Source: a bacterium (GTDB lineage: Bacteria; Patescibacteriota; Minisyncoccia; Phycocordibacterales; UBA2100). Taken from it: a stretch of 64,000 nt of DNA. This document shows, piece after piece, positions 62,248-64,000 of the stretch. Numbering within the stretch: the first letter of the stretch is position 1; each line of letters opens with the position of its first letter. Where the stretch lies: contig JAEUQT010000001.1 of the NCBI GenBank assembly GCA_016789445.1, forward strand, positions 67,603 through 131,602. The letters run 5' to 3'. Under the pieces are notes generated by a model that saw only the letters and a list, made by a program, of their open reading frames with translations, had not been told where the DNA came from and made no database searches. The translations under genes and the position numbers were made by a program.

Positions 62248-63048
62248 CTACGCGACCGTCTCCGCACTGTAGCGCGCGATGAGGCCGGTGCGCACTGCGC
62301 GTCGGTAGACGCTCACGAAGAATGCGTATGAGAGCGCGATATAAAAGACGCCGAGAATAGAGCCGATGACGAGCGCGCCCGATTCGATCCCCTTCCCCGC
62401 AACGACCGCACGGACACCGTCGAACACATACGTCGGCGGGAGCGCTTTACCGATGAGCTGCATCCAGTGCGGCAGCGTTTCGATCGGATAGAAGACGCCG
62501 ACGAATGGCGCGACGATGGCCGGCAGCGGCCAGATGAACCACTCCGCCGATGGACCGAAACGCAAAACCAATGCGACGCCGAAGATGCCGAGCGCCACAC
62601 CTGAGAGGAATAGAACAAGGAGGAACGGGAGCGAAAGGAGTCCGTACGAGGTGATCGTGAATCCGAACAGGAATCCGCCGGCGATCAGCATGCCGATGAA
62701 TCCGATCGCGCTCGTCCCCACCGTCGAGACCACCATGCCAGAGACGTATTCACGGATGGAAAGCGGTGAAGCGAACATATTGAGGAAGTTGCGCGACCAC
62801 ACATCCTCGAAGAACGTCATAGTCACACCCGTCATGACGCGGGAGAGGAAATCCCAGAGGATGATGGCGCCGAGAAGGACCGGAATGAGATCGCCTCCCG
62901 GAGATACTTCGTTCAGGTATTTACTGATGAACCCCCAGAGCACGATGTCGAGGAACGGCCAGAGGAAGATCTGGAGTGTGCGCGTCGGATTATCCCTCGT
63001 GAGGTAGTACTGACGCAGTACGATGGCGAAGATGCGGGTCCAGCTCAT
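62248..63048 (-). CDS. ABC-2 type transporter permease
   Basis: 6 TM. Start MSWTRIFAIVLRQYYL 1 nt after the ATPase stop. The upstream extension of ORF 62248..63432 overlaps the ATPase gene and is rejected. Confidence 0.85.
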   Translation of the reverse strand: MSWTRIFAIVLRQYYLTRDNPTRTLQIFLWPFLDIVLWGFISKYLNEVSPGGDLIPVLLGAIILWDFLSRVMTGVTMTFFEDVWSRNFLNMFASPLSIREYVSGMVVSTVGTSAIGFIGMLIAGGFLFGFTITSYGLLSLPFLLVLFLSGVALGIFGVALVLRFGPSAEWFIWPLPAIVAPFVGVFYPIETLPHWMQLIGKALPPTYVFDGVRAVVAGKGIESGALVIGSILGVFYIALSYAFFVSVYRRAVRTGLIARYSAETVA

Positions 63049-63049
63049 A

Positions 63050-63787
63050 TCAGTCGGAAAGAGAAAGCGGCTCGCGCGCGACGGTGATGAATAATTCCTC
63101 GAGATTCTTCTTGCCGCGCTGCGCCGGTAACTCACGCGGATTCCCTTCCAAGAGGATGTTTCCATGCGAGACGAAGAGCACGCGGTCGCACACATCGGTG
63201 ACCTCATGCATGTTGTGCGAGGTCCACAGGACCGTTCCGCCTTTCGCGGCGTACTCGCGGATCTTCTCGCGCACGAGCTGCGCCGACGACGGATCGAGCG
63301 AGGCCGTCGGTTCATCCAGAAGAAGCAGCTGCGGCTCGTTAAGGAATGCCTTCGCGAGCGTGACGCGCGTCTGCTCACCCGAGGAAAGGACGCCTGCTTT
63401 CGTGTGCTCGAATTTTTTGAGATCCAACTCACGCATCACCGCTTCGATGCGGTCGCTCAGATGCTCGACCTCGTAGATACGCCCGAAGACATTGAGATTC
63501 TGTCGCACCGTGAGATTGCCGGGGAGCTGCGCATAGACTGCGGCGAAATTCGTGACTTTAAGCGCATTCGTGCGATCTCGCTGGACATCGTGACCGCCGA
63601 TGGTGATCGAGCCTTCGCTCGGCTCCAAGATTCCGAGGATCATGCTGATCGTGGTCGTCTTACCCGCCCCATTCGGACCGAGGAGTCCCACGATCTCCCC
63701 CTTGGCGACCGAGAACGAGATGCCGGTAACGGCTTCCTTCTCGCCATAGCGTTTCTTCAGATCACGGACACGCAAGACTGACATCAC
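63050..63787 (-). CDS. ABC transporter ATP-binding protein
   Basis: Walker A GPNGAGKTT, signature LSSGEQTRV, Walker B LLLLDEPT. Confidence 0.92.
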   Translation of the reverse strand: MMSVLRVRDLKKRYGEKEAVTGISFSVAKGEIVGLLGPNGAGKTTTISMILGILEPSEGSITIGGHDVQRDRTNALKVTNFAAVYAQLPGNLTVRQNLNVFGRIYEVEHLSDRIEAVMRELDLKKFEHTKAGVLSSGEQTRVTLAKAFLNEPQLLLLDEPTASLDPSSAQLVREKIREYAAKGGTVLWTSHNMHEVTDVCDRVLFVSHGNILLEGNPRELPAQRGKKNLEELFITVAREPLSLSD

Positions 63788-63793
63788 GGGATT

Positions 63794-64000
63794 CTAGCGT
63801 CTTTTTGCTGACTGTACGAGCCTGAAATGATTCCCTGCGCCGAAGAGGAGTATGAGGATGATCGCAGCGAAATGCGGCAAGTGTCCGGTGAGTTCGATCG
63901 GTCCCAAGAGGAATATCGGGATGCTGAATATCGTCGCGACGACGAGCGCATTGAGGCGCGTCATGATGCCGAGAATGAAGATGAGCCCGAAGAGCGACTC
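63794..64000 (-). CDS. partial CDS (C-terminal fragment) of a membrane protein, start beyond window end
   Basis: Open frame reading ...IFILGIMTRLNALVVATIFSIPIFLLGPIELTGHLPHF... ending at the stop 63794..63796. Confidence 0.45.
   Translation of the reverse strand, partial: ESLFGLIFILGIMTRLNALVVATIFSIPIFLLGPIELTGHLPHFAAIILILLFGAGNHFRLVQSAKRR

Noticed and set aside
63049-63432. N-terminal 128-aa extension of ORF 62248..63432
   Set aside because: It overlaps the ABC ATPase gene in another frame and is Arg/Ser-rich junk. The permease starts at MSWTRIF with an ATGA stop-start overlap to the ATPase.
1-64000. CRISPR arrays, integrases, transposases and toxin-antitoxin pairs
   Set aside because: No arrays of regular direct repeats with unique spacers and no recognisable recombinase or transposase ORFs were seen. 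The only repeat family found is the three-copy hairpin element.

Overview
This is a 64-kb, high-GC (about 60%) bacterial chromosomal segment, densely coded and mostly on the minus strand. Recognisable housekeeping content runs as follows. RNase P RNA (rnpB) has its 3' end cut by the window start. Then come the class I ribonucleotide reductase operon nrdA-nrdB, tRNA-Ser(GGA), a SWIB-domain protein, htpX next to lemA, groES-groEL, secG, an OppA-like solute-binding protein, RNase J, two HhH-GPD glycosylases (one Nth-like) flanking a HAD hydrolase and a Cys-rich small protein, a YvcK/CofD-like protein, uppP, and a gdh / DsbD-thioredoxin fusion / DUF2585 operon. After these come a PQQ-type sugar dehydrogenase, a sortase, a polysaccharide locus (UDP-glucuronate decarboxylase-like, multi-TM GT2 synthase, two CE4 deacetylases, UDP-sugar 6-dehydrogenase, GT4), a Mu-Gam-like protein, tgt, an HlyD-like adaptor, a CHRD-domain protein, a PspC-domain protein and an ABC-2 exporter pair. 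Between these sit many small membrane or secreted hypothetical proteins and strong intrinsic terminators. The most unusual content is: (i) two giant secreted proteins (2657 and 893 aa) in tandem that share a C-terminal Cys-rich module, the larger carrying peptidoglycan amidase and RlpA-like DPBB domains; (ii) a three-copy, roughly 115-nt intergenic repeat whose three hairpins covary between copies, with one copy forming the 3' end of nth; (iii) a sortase next to a 71-aa precursor whose mature part would be about 14 aa; (iv) an NrdA with a roughly 190-aa Ala/Pro/Val-rich linker; (v) several orphan terminators suggesting unannotated small RNAs. No CRISPR array, integrase or transposase was seen. 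The gene content (sortase, giant surface proteins, many tiny membrane proteins, frequent absence of Shine-Dalgarno sequences) suggests a reduced-genome monoderm lineage such as Patescibacteria/CPR. That is inference only.
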